NCBI RefSeq assembly: GCF_900129905.1
Contig: NZ_FQXG01000003.1
Location: 512,249 to 576,248 of the forward strand
Length of the DNA: 64,000 nt
Source: Ferrimonas marina
GTDB taxonomy: Bacteria; Pseudomonadota; Gammaproteobacteria; Enterobacterales; Shewanellaceae
Direction: 5' to 3'
In this document: positions 48,275 through 57,631 of the stretch, piece by piece
Layout of the letters: each line of letters starts with the position of its first letter
How positions within the stretch are numbered: the stretch's first letter is position 1
Notes under the pieces: generated by a model
What the model was told of the DNA's origin: nothing
Database searches by the model: none
The model's input: the letters and a program-made list of their open reading frames with translations, nothing else
Program-made: the position numbers and the translations under genes

Positions 48275-49075
48275 TTGTTCATCCCTGATCTGCTGTACCG
48301 GACCGTACACGCTACCCATTACCAGCGCGTGTTTTTCGTCGGAGACATCCACGGCGACTTCACACTGCTATCCCACGCTCTCCGTGACGTTCGATTCAGC
48401 GATTCTGATCTGCTGGTGGCTTGTGGTGATCTCATCGATAGAGGCCCGCAGAGTCTCGAGGTACTGGAGTTCTTTCTGGACAACGAGAACGCCGTTTCTG
48501 TCCTGGGGATCCACGAGTCAATGGCCCTGCAGGCCTTGTTCGATGACGATCCTGATGACCAGCGCGAGTGGTTTGGCGCCGGTGGAGAATGGTCAGATGC
48601 GGTAGACCGCCATCGGCTTGAATCTGCGCTAAAGCAGGCGCTGGAGGAGTTCCCTGTGGCCATGGAGGTGATTACGCCGGGTGTCTGTGTCGGTGTGGTC
48701 CATGCCGAGATCCCGTTTGACAGCTGGGATGAGTTTCGAGACTTCCTTGTGCTGCGCGACCCCGCTGAGTGGAAGAAAGGGCGTCGGGACATCTCATCCA
48801 AATTTCCCCGCGGGCGCCTCATCAAGCAGGCCTTGAAGGGCAAATCGCGGATCGAGAGCGGTGAGTCCGCCAGCATCGAGGGTATTGGTATGGTAGTGGC
48901 CGGCCATACCCCAGTGGCCCGGGCAAAGCAGCTCGGAAACCAGGTGTGGTTGGACACCGGAGCTGGCTATCCTGACAGGGAAGGGGCGGGCCTTAGCCTG
49001 CTCGAGATCGGTCCTGATGCTAAGCGGGTACGTCACTACTCATCGCTGCTCCATGGGGCAAAGCAGAGGACGTAA
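48275..49075 (+). CDS. PrpA/lambda-phosphatase-like metallophosphoesterase homolog with GNHE to GIHE substitution
   Basis: GDIHGDF, GDLIDRGPQS, LGIHESM, GAGGEW, VAGHTPV colinear with PPP-family motifs; metal-ligand Asn replaced by Ile. Confidence 0.7.
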   Translation: MFIPDLLYRTVHATHYQRVFFVGDIHGDFTLLSHALRDVRFSDSDLLVACGDLIDRGPQSLEVLEFFLDNENAVSVLGIHESMALQALFDDDPDDQREWFGAGGEWSDAVDRHRLESALKQALEEFPVAMEVITPGVCVGVVHAEIPFDSWDEFRDFLVLRDPAEWKKGRRDISSKFPRGRLIKQALKGKSRIESGESASIEGIGMVVAGHTPVARAKQLGNQVWLDTGAGYPDREGAGLSLLEIGPDAKRVRHYSSLLHGAKQRT

Positions 49076-49143
49076 TTAATGGGAGGGGCCCGGTGGGGCC
49101 TCGTTGAGTGCCAGGCGCCTGGCATAATGTTGTGAGGTTCAAT

Positions 49144-50217
49144 ATGAGCAAGCGTGAACACGCCGGGCGTGGTGTTGGCTGCACCAACACCAAGGCAAGG
49201 CACACACTAATCGCCAGATTCCCTTCAGAGCTTCATCTGCATGAATTCCAGCGCCGGGTGCAGGGCCTTGGCCAGACGGTGTCCTGTTACAACGACCTGT
49301 TGATCCCATGCGAAGACTTGGCGGCAGTTCATCAGTGGATGTCAGACCTGGAAGCGGTAACGTTTGCGCATCATAGCAAGACGATCAAGACAAATTTTAG
49401 GCCTGGGTGGCTCGGGGACTTCGAGAGATCGCGTGCCGCCAACGAAGTGTTGCTTCGGCATATGCCCGGGGACCCCACCACAGTCTCAACGAAAGGCTAC
49501 GATTTGCTTTTTAAACAGGCCGAGGATTTCGAGCAAGAGCAGTTGGCTGCAGCCAGGACCTATGATGACGGTACCTGGGTGCGGGAGGTAACCCAGTACC
49601 TGGTAAAGGGATGGGGATTCGATGATAACTCAGCAAAGGGTCTGGCAGCGGCGGTGATGTCGGTCTGCAAGAACGCACTACCAAATCCTTATTTTGAAGG
49701 TTACGGCCGAGTTGTAGCGCTGGCCGATCTGATTAAAGACAAGCACCGAGAGATGCGCGGTGGTGTCAGCGGGGATTCGGCCTGGACCGTGTTCCGCCGG
49801 GATAAGAGTGAGTGCCATCACGCCTGGAGGGACGCCGTCGCGAGAGTCCTGGATTTATTCCCTGAGCACGCTGCAGTGAAGCCTGGGCCGGATTCTAAAG
49901 AGGCCTTTGCGCATAGCGTGTTTCCTTATCGGAGCGATGACTACGAAAATAACCCCGCTGTTCGGCTCGACCGGTTTAAGCTGGTCAGCGACAAGAGTGC
50001 GGGTTCTGAACGTACTGACTTCGAAGAACTCGTAGGTTGGATGGCCAGTAATTGCCTGTTCATCAGGGAGCGTCGTGCATCCGCCCGGGCCATTGCCGGT
50101 TTGGAGCGCTTGTCGCAGCACCTGGATGAGGTAACCGATCTCCCTGCGGCGTTTGAGCGGATTGCTAATAATGCCTATGGTGGGCGTGAGCTTACCGGCA
50201 TTGAGCCCCAAAGGTAA
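49144..50217 (+). CDS. hypothetical protein (about 357 aa; ORF opens at GTG 49108)
   Basis: Intact ORF; ATG at 49144. Confidence 0.45.
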   Translation: MSKREHAGRGVGCTNTKARHTLIARFPSELHLHEFQRRVQGLGQTVSCYNDLLIPCEDLAAVHQWMSDLEAVTFAHHSKTIKTNFRPGWLGDFERSRAANEVLLRHMPGDPTTVSTKGYDLLFKQAEDFEQEQLAAARTYDDGTWVREVTQYLVKGWGFDDNSAKGLAAAVMSVCKNALPNPYFEGYGRVVALADLIKDKHREMRGGVSGDSAWTVFRRDKSECHHAWRDAVARVLDLFPEHAAVKPGPDSKEAFAHSVFPYRSDDYENNPAVRLDRFKLVSDKSAGSERTDFEELVGWMASNCLFIRERRASARAIAGLERLSQHLDEVTDLPAAFERIANNAYGGRELTGIEPQR

Positions 50218-50368
50218 AATATATTTTCATATACTGTTGACATGACTCTTTGGGTTTGAGAGGATGAAGACGCTTCTGATGAACCTTGGGAGCCAGACAT
50301 CGGGATCCGTCAATCTCCTTGTCTTCCGCATTCGGGAATAACCCGTGTGTACCAATGAGCAAGAGCAT

Positions 50369-50402
50369 AGGGCCGGCAAAGAAATTTGCCGGCCCTTTGT
50401 TT
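50369..50402 (+). terminator. rho-independent terminator
   Basis: GGGCCGGCAAA-GAAA-TTTGCCGGCCC stem-loop followed by TTTGTTTTATT. Confidence 0.65.
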
Positions 50403-50465
50403 TATTGGGATTTTCCCAGAGTGGTGTTAGTTTCGAGCCTGAGTTAATTATGGAGTTTTGCTGTT

Positions 50466-51071
50466 ATGGAAAAACCAATCCTGGCGACCGATGTCGACGG
50501 CGTACTGTTGAACTGGAAAGGCGGCGTTGCCGCATTTAACGCCTCCAGGGGGGTTGCTACTCCTCGGGAGTACCTGTGTCCGCGAAACGATGTGCCCCTG
50601 CGCCAGTTATTCGATACCGAATGCCGCGACCAGGCGTACGATTTGATGATCGAGTTTAACCGCTCGCCAATGCTGGGCCAGTTGCCCCTGTTGGATCCCA
50701 GTGCAGTCGATGTGCTGCAGCGCTTAAGCCAGCACTTTGACATTGTGGCCATCACTTCAGTTGGGGAGTGGGCTGAGACCCATGAGCGGCGCCGGCAAAA
50801 CCTGAAGGATCTGTTTGGTGATGTCTTCAGAGAAGTAGTGTGTCTGCCGCTGCGTGTCAGCAAGAAGGAGCATCTGGCCCGTTTTACCGAGCAGGGCAGG
50901 GTGGTTGCGTGGTTCGATGATCTGGCAGAGCACGTCGAAACCGGTAAGGAGCTTGGGATCCCCAGCTACCAGTTCCAGTTCTGTCCCAATGGCGCCCCGT
51001 CTAAGCCTGGGTTGTTCCGGAGTTGGCGTGACATCGAGTCTCACCTGGAGCAGACCATGCTGGTCGCCTAA
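50466..51071 (+). CDS. HAD-superfamily hydrolase
   Basis: Motif I ATDVDGVLLN (DxDG), later VAWFDDLAEHV (motif IV DD). Confidence 0.55.
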   Translation: MEKPILATDVDGVLLNWKGGVAAFNASRGVATPREYLCPRNDVPLRQLFDTECRDQAYDLMIEFNRSPMLGQLPLLDPSAVDVLQRLSQHFDIVAITSVGEWAETHERRRQNLKDLFGDVFREVVCLPLRVSKKEHLARFTEQGRVVAWFDDLAEHVETGKELGIPSYQFQFCPNGAPSKPGLFRSWRDIESHLEQTMLVA

Positions 51072-51090
51072 TTGGCGTAGAGCAGATACT

Positions 51091-51131
51091 AAAAAGGCCC
51101 TGCAGGTGGTAACACCCGCAGGGCCTTTTTG
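51091..51131. terminator. bidirectional rho-independent terminator between convergent HAD and flotillin genes
   Basis: AAAAAGGCCCTGCAGGTG-GTAA-CACCCGCAGGGCCTTTTTG, A-run and T-run on both sides. Confidence 0.7.
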
Positions 51132-51138
51132 TTGGGGC

Positions 51139-52806
51139 TTACTCGGTCTCTTTGCCGGACTTCATGAACTGGGCCAGGTTAGAGGTGGAACCCAGTACCG
51201 CTGCCATGCCGGCCAGGCTCTCGCCGTCGCCGCCACCCTGGACGTTCACCATCGGTACCTTGATCAGATCCGGGTTGTCTTTGGCGACTTCCAGGAACCG
51301 CTCGAAGATCATCAACTGTACCGTGGCGTCTTTACCGATCACGTCACGCTGGGCGGCCTGACCTTCGGCCACCAGGATCATCGAGTTCTTCTTGCCTTCA
51401 CCGATGATCTTTGCGGCCTTGGCATTCATCTCAGCAGCTACGATGGTCTTCTGCTGATTAGCAATCTCTCGTGCGTTCTCGGTGTTGGCGCGCTCGGTTG
51501 CTGCCAGGGTTTCTTGGGCGTAGGTGTCCTGCAGTGAGCTGGCCAGTTGCTTGCGGCGAAGTGGCAGCAGCAACTCAGGCGGCAGCACAATCTCACCTAC
51601 CCGAACCTCTGCCACGGTCACGCCGGTCTTGGCGGCCTCCGGCTTAATCGCGTCTTCCAGCAGGGCAACCAGGTCTTCACGAGCGGTGACCATGTCCTTG
51701 GCGTCAGTCACACCGGCTTTCTGCTGCAGCAGATCGCGGGCAATGTTGGTCACAATGCGGTTCTCTACCGCCTCCATGCTGCCGACACCAGCAATGACCC
51801 GGGGCGCGTTGTTGGCGTGTACCTGGGCAATCACGTAAAGCTCGATCGCCAAAGTCCAGCCGTCCTTAGTGCGGACGATGATCGCCTCGCCGGCCGCTTC
51901 CGGGTCAATCGGTACTTCCTGAACGCTTTCTTCCTGGCTGATGGTGCCGTCGTCCGCCACGGTCAGGTTGAGTTCACGGCGGGTGTAGCCACCAACGTAG
52001 GCCCACAGTACCGCTCGAGTGGTCTGTTTGGTGGCTGTCTGAGCCAGCTGGTTCAGGTAGTAGCGGCCGGGAACCAGTGCTTCGTCCCAGACCCCTTTAC
52101 AGCCTCGGGGAACCAGAATGGCGTTAAGGTCGGAGGCGTTGTTGGTTGCCGGCAGCTTGTCGCAGTCCAAATCGGTGTTGGTGTCGACGTTCGACCTAAC
52201 CACGGCGACTTCGCCGGTCATGACGGTCAGGGCGACCCCGTGCTTAACATCCCAGAGATCCGGGTGAATAGGGTAGCGCCCCGGGGGGAGCACGGTCAGC
52301 TGGGTGCCCTTAAAGCCGTTGCCGCGGCTGGGGTCTAGGAACACTTCGGGTTTTAGCATTTCGTTGACGTCCATTTCCCACTCCGGGGCCATGAACTGGC
52401 CGGTGGGCAGGGTACGCCCGTCTTTGGCCACCAGGCTCAGGTACTGGCCCTCGTTGACTGTGGTCAGCGGGTGCGTGCGGGTGTCGTGCAGTACCGATAC
52501 GAACGGCATGAAGTGAAAGCCCTGGGTGATGTACCGGGCTTGCGGTCCTTTAAATACCTTGCCTTGCTCATACCCCATCACGCGGCCCTGGGGCAGGTCA
52601 TCGGCCATGTAGATGCGATTAAGCGTGGTAAAACTGCCCTCAGGGACCATCAGGAAGCTGGTGTTGGCGAACATAAGCAGGCCAACCAGCACGCAAACCG
52701 CACTGACTGATCGTTTGATGATCGGCAGCGCATTAAGTTGAGGTACCACAACCAGGGCCGCGACGATAAACGCCAGGCCCAGAAATATAAAGATCATTCC
52801 ATCCAC
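51139..52806 (-). CDS. flotillin-like SPFH/band-7 domain protein (YqiK-like, 555 aa)
   Basis: N-terminal TM helix, SPFH-like core, C-terminal flotillin-type Ala/Glu-rich coiled coil (AAKIIGEGKKNSMILVAEGQAAQR). Confidence 0.6.
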   Translation of the reverse strand: MDGMIFIFLGLAFIVAALVVVPQLNALPIIKRSVSAVCVLVGLLMFANTSFLMVPEGSFTTLNRIYMADDLPQGRVMGYEQGKVFKGPQARYITQGFHFMPFVSVLHDTRTHPLTTVNEGQYLSLVAKDGRTLPTGQFMAPEWEMDVNEMLKPEVFLDPSRGNGFKGTQLTVLPPGRYPIHPDLWDVKHGVALTVMTGEVAVVRSNVDTNTDLDCDKLPATNNASDLNAILVPRGCKGVWDEALVPGRYYLNQLAQTATKQTTRAVLWAYVGGYTRRELNLTVADDGTISQEESVQEVPIDPEAAGEAIIVRTKDGWTLAIELYVIAQVHANNAPRVIAGVGSMEAVENRIVTNIARDLLQQKAGVTDAKDMVTAREDLVALLEDAIKPEAAKTGVTVAEVRVGEIVLPPELLLPLRRKQLASSLQDTYAQETLAATERANTENAREIANQQKTIVAAEMNAKAAKIIGEGKKNSMILVAEGQAAQRDVIGKDATVQLMIFERFLEVAKDNPDLIKVPMVNVQGGGDGESLAGMAAVLGSTSNLAQFMKSGKETE

Positions 52807-53332
52807 TCCATGGCCAGAAGGCCCAACGATTGAACCCGCTCAGGGCGGGGTTGGAGTCAGACTAACAACGGTCCCAGCAAATCCCAAGCGGGCATCACTG
52901 AGTGGCGGGCCGGGTGCGGTAGTATGGAGAGAGGCAGCATTAATAACGAGGGTTAGCAGGTTGATCAACGATATCGAGTTCGAAGGTGAGATGGCCAGGC
53001 TGGAGGCGAGTCACTTTGACGGATTGGACGAAGCAGAGGCCATCCTGGGCAGTACCCGCTTTGTCTTTGGCCGGCACATAATCCCCGCCAGGTTCTGGAG
53101 TGACCGTAATGCCTTCTATGAGATGGCTGAAGAGCTTCATCTTAACGGTGGCCGGTTGGTGACCGACAAATGGGGAGAATTGCACATTGGTTCGCCGGTA
53201 ACAGAGTTGGAGGATCCTTACCGTTGCTATGACCGGGCAATACGGTCGCTCATCAACTGCCAGCAGGTTCCTGTCCCGCACATCATGGCTTCGCTGTGCT
53301 TTTTGTTGTCGATTACGCTCCGCTTACCTACC

Positions 53333-53383
53333 TGAGTTGTCCGGCCCAGAACCGCCAGCAAGTACAATTAAAGTATGTTGCTG
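53333..53383. promoter_or_regulatory. about 50-bp direct repeat copy A (GTTGTCC..CCGCCAGCAAGTACAATTAAAGTATGTTGCTG) upstream of 53398 gene; contains imperfect palindrome CAGCAA...TTGCTG
   Basis: Near-identical copy at 55923..55973 upstream of the paralogous gene. Confidence 0.6.
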
Positions 53384-53397
53384 TTGGAAACTGACGT

Positions 53398-55566
53398 ATG
53401 GCCCAGCCCCCATCTATGAACGGGAAACAGGAAATATTAGCCGCAGGACTCACCCCTGACGGCGTAGAGTCGATGCACGATACTGCCGACGGGATCGGTA
53501 GCCGTGAAGGTGTCGGCATGCTTTCTAAAGCCCAGTCGGTAGAGTTCCTCAAGGCTGAATTTGACCCCGGTTCCCCGAAACTGACGCGGGTGGACCCCAA
53601 GGCGCTGACGCTGATGTACCGCTTAGCCGGTAATCATCCCGGTACCCTCAGGCAGGTGGCCAGTTCAGTTCATGAGAAGGCTGCGTCTAACGACGGGGTT
53701 GTCGATGTGACCGCTGTAAAGTCCACTATGGATGAGATGCTGGTGGAGGGGGCGCAGCGTGCGGATCGGCACCTGCGCTTGCTTGCGGAAAAGGGCCGTT
53801 TCGATGAATTGGCTGTCCTGCAGGCTTTGGCCTCTCATCAAAACAGTTTCGACTCGGGGGTTTGGAACCCAGAACCAGGAGTACGCATTGAGCTAAGCAG
53901 CGAATCACTAGAACACAAGCGGCGGATTGATCGTGCTAGTGAGCAGTTAAAGCAGGATGGACTCGTCGTCGATGAGATCCCTGGCCAGGGGGCTATTGAG
54001 CCGCGGATTGCTGATCCCATGATGATCGGTGGTTTGGCGTCCGTCGATGTCGAGCGCTTGCACCAGATGGGTCCTGGGATGCAGTTAACCAGGTCAACAA
54101 ACCCGCTTGACGTCGACCACACAGTTGCCAGGGTGGCCTCTGAAGGTTCTGCCCTGGTCGATGGTCTTGATGGTGCTTCAGTAGACGATGCCGATGCGTT
54201 GTTCCTGGAGTTGGCCAATAGTGCGGTGGAGCATGCTGAGTCTTTGGGCGTAAAAACTCATGCCTCGTTTTTGCAGCGTACCAAAATGGCACTGGCGGGG
54301 GTTGGCATGGCATTAGGGGCAGCATTTACAGTGCCCGTTGCGGCCAGCACGCTTGAAGACACTGCCACAACAGGCGTTGCCGGTTTTGAGGAGCCATCTG
54401 CTGAGCAACGTGTACATGACATCAGTTCTCCGGAGCAATCACTACCTTTGCTTAATGGTGAGGGTGGGGTCTACCGGGTAGGAGAGCAGTTGATCATAGC
54501 CAACGCACAAGGGCAGTCGTTTAATGAAGTCTTTTCTGATCCAGAGGTCCTGGCAGAAATGGCGAGTTATGATATACCTCCAGCCTGGATTTATGACAAC
54601 CAGCGGGAGTGGGGTAGCGCGCTTGCACGAGGTACTGAGAGGGTCGGTTACGTACACTTTCTTATCAATGGCAATGACCAGAACTCGATTGAATTACACA
54701 AGCGGTTGTGGCCTTCACCATTGATTAACGAGGGTACGCTGAAGCCATTGGTTAGAGCACATGAGTTGGCCCATTCAGTCAGTCCGCTTTACGAAGTTGA
54801 CTATTCAATCAGTGGAGAGAGTCGGGCAGAAGTTAAGCCTTCAATTAGAGAAGAGAGCCAGGCCGATGTGTTCAGTGTGGTTTGGGCGGCTAAAGCGCTT
54901 ACTGGTGATGACCAAGCGGCATTCAAGGAGTTGGCAGAAGCATACATTGGTTCAGTTGCGGGGTGGAGGATGGAGGGGCCAATAAGTGGCCACGATGGCA
55001 TACACCAGACAGTCCTGGCTTTAGCGAAGTTGGAAAAGGCGCTTTCTGAAGACCTTGCCAGTATTCATCAACTCAATGATCCGATTGGGGTGGCTGAGTT
55101 TTCGTTGCAAATCGTCGACAAAGCGCACTCCGATCTGACGGAGGCACTGCAAAGGCATGGCGTGGCCAGGAAGATAGGGACCATGGACCAAATTGATAAA
55201 ATCGATGACCTGAAGAAAGCCATGCTTCGCGGGAGGGAGAGGATGCCCAACATTGAGTGGATGACTGTGGCACAGAAACGGGACGCTCATGTGTTATACA
55301 GCAGTGCCCGGAAAAGCGATGGCGAAACCCGCTCTGAATTTTTTGAAAAGTTGAAGCGGCATGTTCTAAAGACCGCGGTGATGGCTAATGAATCATCTGC
55401 ACATTTAATAGGTAGCGAACATGGCGCCGCCTTGCGAAAGGACCTACTTGGCCCGATTTCACATGCGTCCGTGGAGGCATTCGAGGCTTATATTGGCGGG
55501 TCAAGCGAGCTACAGTCCAACCAAACTGGGATTGAGGAGGGGGTAGCGTATGATTCCGCACCTTAA
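53398..55566 (+). CDS. hypothetical protein (722 aa): N-terminal AAA-lid plus winged-helix-like module paralogous to the C-terminal half of the 55988 gene, then C-terminal domain with HExxH (RAHELAHSV ... EESQADVFSVVWAAKAL, ImmA/IrrE-like)
   Basis: About 190-aa alignable block with 55988 product (AGNHPGTLRQV / SRNHPATITSL; DELAVLQALASHQ / DDLAVLQALASQE; RLHQMGPGMQL / RLREMGFGRQL). Confidence 0.55.
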   Translation: MAQPPSMNGKQEILAAGLTPDGVESMHDTADGIGSREGVGMLSKAQSVEFLKAEFDPGSPKLTRVDPKALTLMYRLAGNHPGTLRQVASSVHEKAASNDGVVDVTAVKSTMDEMLVEGAQRADRHLRLLAEKGRFDELAVLQALASHQNSFDSGVWNPEPGVRIELSSESLEHKRRIDRASEQLKQDGLVVDEIPGQGAIEPRIADPMMIGGLASVDVERLHQMGPGMQLTRSTNPLDVDHTVARVASEGSALVDGLDGASVDDADALFLELANSAVEHAESLGVKTHASFLQRTKMALAGVGMALGAAFTVPVAASTLEDTATTGVAGFEEPSAEQRVHDISSPEQSLPLLNGEGGVYRVGEQLIIANAQGQSFNEVFSDPEVLAEMASYDIPPAWIYDNQREWGSALARGTERVGYVHFLINGNDQNSIELHKRLWPSPLINEGTLKPLVRAHELAHSVSPLYEVDYSISGESRAEVKPSIREESQADVFSVVWAAKALTGDDQAAFKELAEAYIGSVAGWRMEGPISGHDGIHQTVLALAKLEKALSEDLASIHQLNDPIGVAEFSLQIVDKAHSDLTEALQRHGVARKIGTMDQIDKIDDLKKAMLRGRERMPNIEWMTVAQKRDAHVLYSSARKSDGETRSEFFEKLKRHVLKTAVMANESSAHLIGSEHGAALRKDLLGPISHASVEAFEAYIGGSSELQSNQTGIEEGVAYDSAP

Positions 55567-55922
55567 GATCTACCTGAGGGGTATGGCGGAGTTGAATCGC
55601 CAGTTTGCCGCTAAGCAGTTGGAACCACTTCATCCCGACGACCCTGTTCTTTGCTTGGACCTGTCAGCCAGGTTGATTTCTGCTCGGAACACCGTGAAGA
55701 AGTTCAACGTGGCACCTTCGACCGATGACTTAGTCGGCGAAATCCGTGCTTTCCTTCAGCGTTACGGCAAGATCAGGGCCCACTGAATAGAGATTGCTCC
55801 CAGGGCTTCTAGCCGGGGGGCAGAAATCTACGGCAATGTCATTCCTCTGCCTGCACTTGGCGGTGCGCAGCGTCCCGCCACTTCACCCTCTCATGCCATA
55901 CAGGCATGCCTTTCTACCAAGC

Positions 55923-55973
55923 CAAGTTGTCCAGCCAGTATCCGCCAGCAAGTATAATTAAAGTATGTTGCTG
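55923..55973. promoter_or_regulatory. about 50-bp direct repeat copy B upstream of 55988 gene
   Basis: Matches 53333..53383 with few mismatches. Confidence 0.6.
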
Positions 55974-55987
55974 AAGGAATTGAGTCG

Positions 55988-57577
55988 ATGAGCGAACCGC
56001 TGACGGTCGATGGATTAAAAAGCTGTTTTCCCGCGGATCCAAGCCCGGCGAATACCGCGAAGAGGGCGCGTAGTAATGCCGATTTCATCGCTAGGAACGC
56101 GATGGCCGGCAAGGGCGTACTGGTAACCGGGCCGGAGGGATGCGGTAAAGACCGTGCTGCTTTAGCAGCGGGACAGGCGGTCAAGGAGGACCCAGCTGCT
56201 TACGGATTAGACCCGAATACGTCGGTTCATCTGTTCAATAACCAGATGATCAGTGGCGATGCTGATCACGCCCGTGAGCGCCTAGTTCGGCTCCTCAATG
56301 CCTTTACGTTATCTATTGAAGAAGATCATCGCTCCGGCCTTGTCCGGGGCCGCGACCTGATGGCCGATTTCTTCCGTCGCATTTTCTCCAGTGAGCGACC
56401 TCATAATGCAGCGATAAAGTCGGTCAAAACCAAGGGTGGTGTTGGCTTAGCCATCCCAGACATGGCAGACGGTAAAATTGGTCGCGAGACCACGCTGGAG
56501 TACGACGTAGATAAGGCACATCAACTTGCCATCGAGGAGGAGCGCCGTTTGTTGGAGGCCAACGACCCTGGGGCGCCCGGCAGCATCATCAAAGCGATGC
56601 GAAAGCTGAATGCCGTACTGGCGAAACACGGCGGGTTTAGCGTACTCCATCTGTATGATTTTCATGTACTGGATCCAGGGGGGGAGGCGGCTCAGGGCTT
56701 TGTGGTGGAGTTGGCTGAGGCAATCAGCGAGTCAGAGCATGTCTGCACCATTTTTTCTGGCGCCAGAACCAAGAGCATGGATATGGCGTTCGCTCCAGAC
56801 AAGCCATTGGGGCGGTCTCTGGGTACCAGCCCAATGTACATTGCCCTGATGTCGGACAATGAAGCGAAGGGCCTGGTTGCAGAGGTCTTCGACGGTGCAG
56901 GGCTTACCAATGTCGCACCGGAGGCTATAAACCAGATCCTCAAATTGTCACGGAACCACCCTGCAACCATTACGTCGTTAACGCAAGCCGCGCTAGCCGA
57001 AGGTATGGCGAATGGTGGCGGCTTGGGTGTGGGGGAGGTGCAGGTTGCCTTCAACAACATTAGCGCCCAGGGAGACCGTAGAGCGCGAGAGGTGATCAAG
57101 ACAATGGCCAAGGATGGGCACCTGGACGATCTGGCTGTACTGCAGGCATTGGCATCACAGGAGAACTTGAAGGAGGGTGGGGCATGGCATGCTCATCCTG
57201 AGTTGATTGTTGTGCCAGACCCAAAATCACCTTCCATGAAACGCAGATATGAGCTATCCATCCAGCGGCTTAAAGCGAGTGGCTTAATCATCGACAGTAT
57301 ACCGGGTCATGGTTCGCAATATCCCCGCGTTGCCAACCCGTTAATGATCCGGGAGCTTGCTTCCATCAGTGTCGAGCGCTTGAGGGAAATGGGGTTCGGC
57401 AGGCAGTTAGCCCGAGGTATGAAGAACAGCCAAAAGAACACTCTGCAGGCCAATATCAGTAACCAGCCAGCGAAGTACCGGGCCTTCACTCGGTTGGCGG
57501 ATCGCGAAGAGAGGGCCAAAGACAGGGCCCTGTATGAGAAAAACTCTGGTCCGATTGGTCCAATGGCTTGTAGGTAG
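55988..57577 (+). CDS. putative AAA+/ORC-Cdc6-like NTPase with C-terminal winged-helix-like domain (529 aa)
   Basis: Walker A-like GVLVTGPEGCGKD, Walker B-like FSVLHLYDFHVLD, sensor-like SRNHPATITS, then DDLAVLQALAS winged-helix-like block. Confidence 0.5.
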   Translation: MSEPLTVDGLKSCFPADPSPANTAKRARSNADFIARNAMAGKGVLVTGPEGCGKDRAALAAGQAVKEDPAAYGLDPNTSVHLFNNQMISGDADHARERLVRLLNAFTLSIEEDHRSGLVRGRDLMADFFRRIFSSERPHNAAIKSVKTKGGVGLAIPDMADGKIGRETTLEYDVDKAHQLAIEEERRLLEANDPGAPGSIIKAMRKLNAVLAKHGGFSVLHLYDFHVLDPGGEAAQGFVVELAEAISESEHVCTIFSGARTKSMDMAFAPDKPLGRSLGTSPMYIALMSDNEAKGLVAEVFDGAGLTNVAPEAINQILKLSRNHPATITSLTQAALAEGMANGGGLGVGEVQVAFNNISAQGDRRAREVIKTMAKDGHLDDLAVLQALASQENLKEGGAWHAHPELIVVPDPKSPSMKRRYELSIQRLKASGLIIDSIPGHGSQYPRVANPLMIRELASISVERLREMGFGRQLARGMKNSQKNTLQANISNQPAKYRAFTRLADREERAKDRALYEKNSGPIGPMACR

Positions 57578-57631
57578 AGCTTTCTCTATGATTTTTGCCC
57601 GCGTAGACTGGCAGCAGATCACGAACACACC

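Noticed and set aside
50444-50863. Minus-strand ORF 50444..50863 (139 aa)
   Set aside because: Fully antisense to the HAD hydrolase gene, which has clear catalytic motifs.
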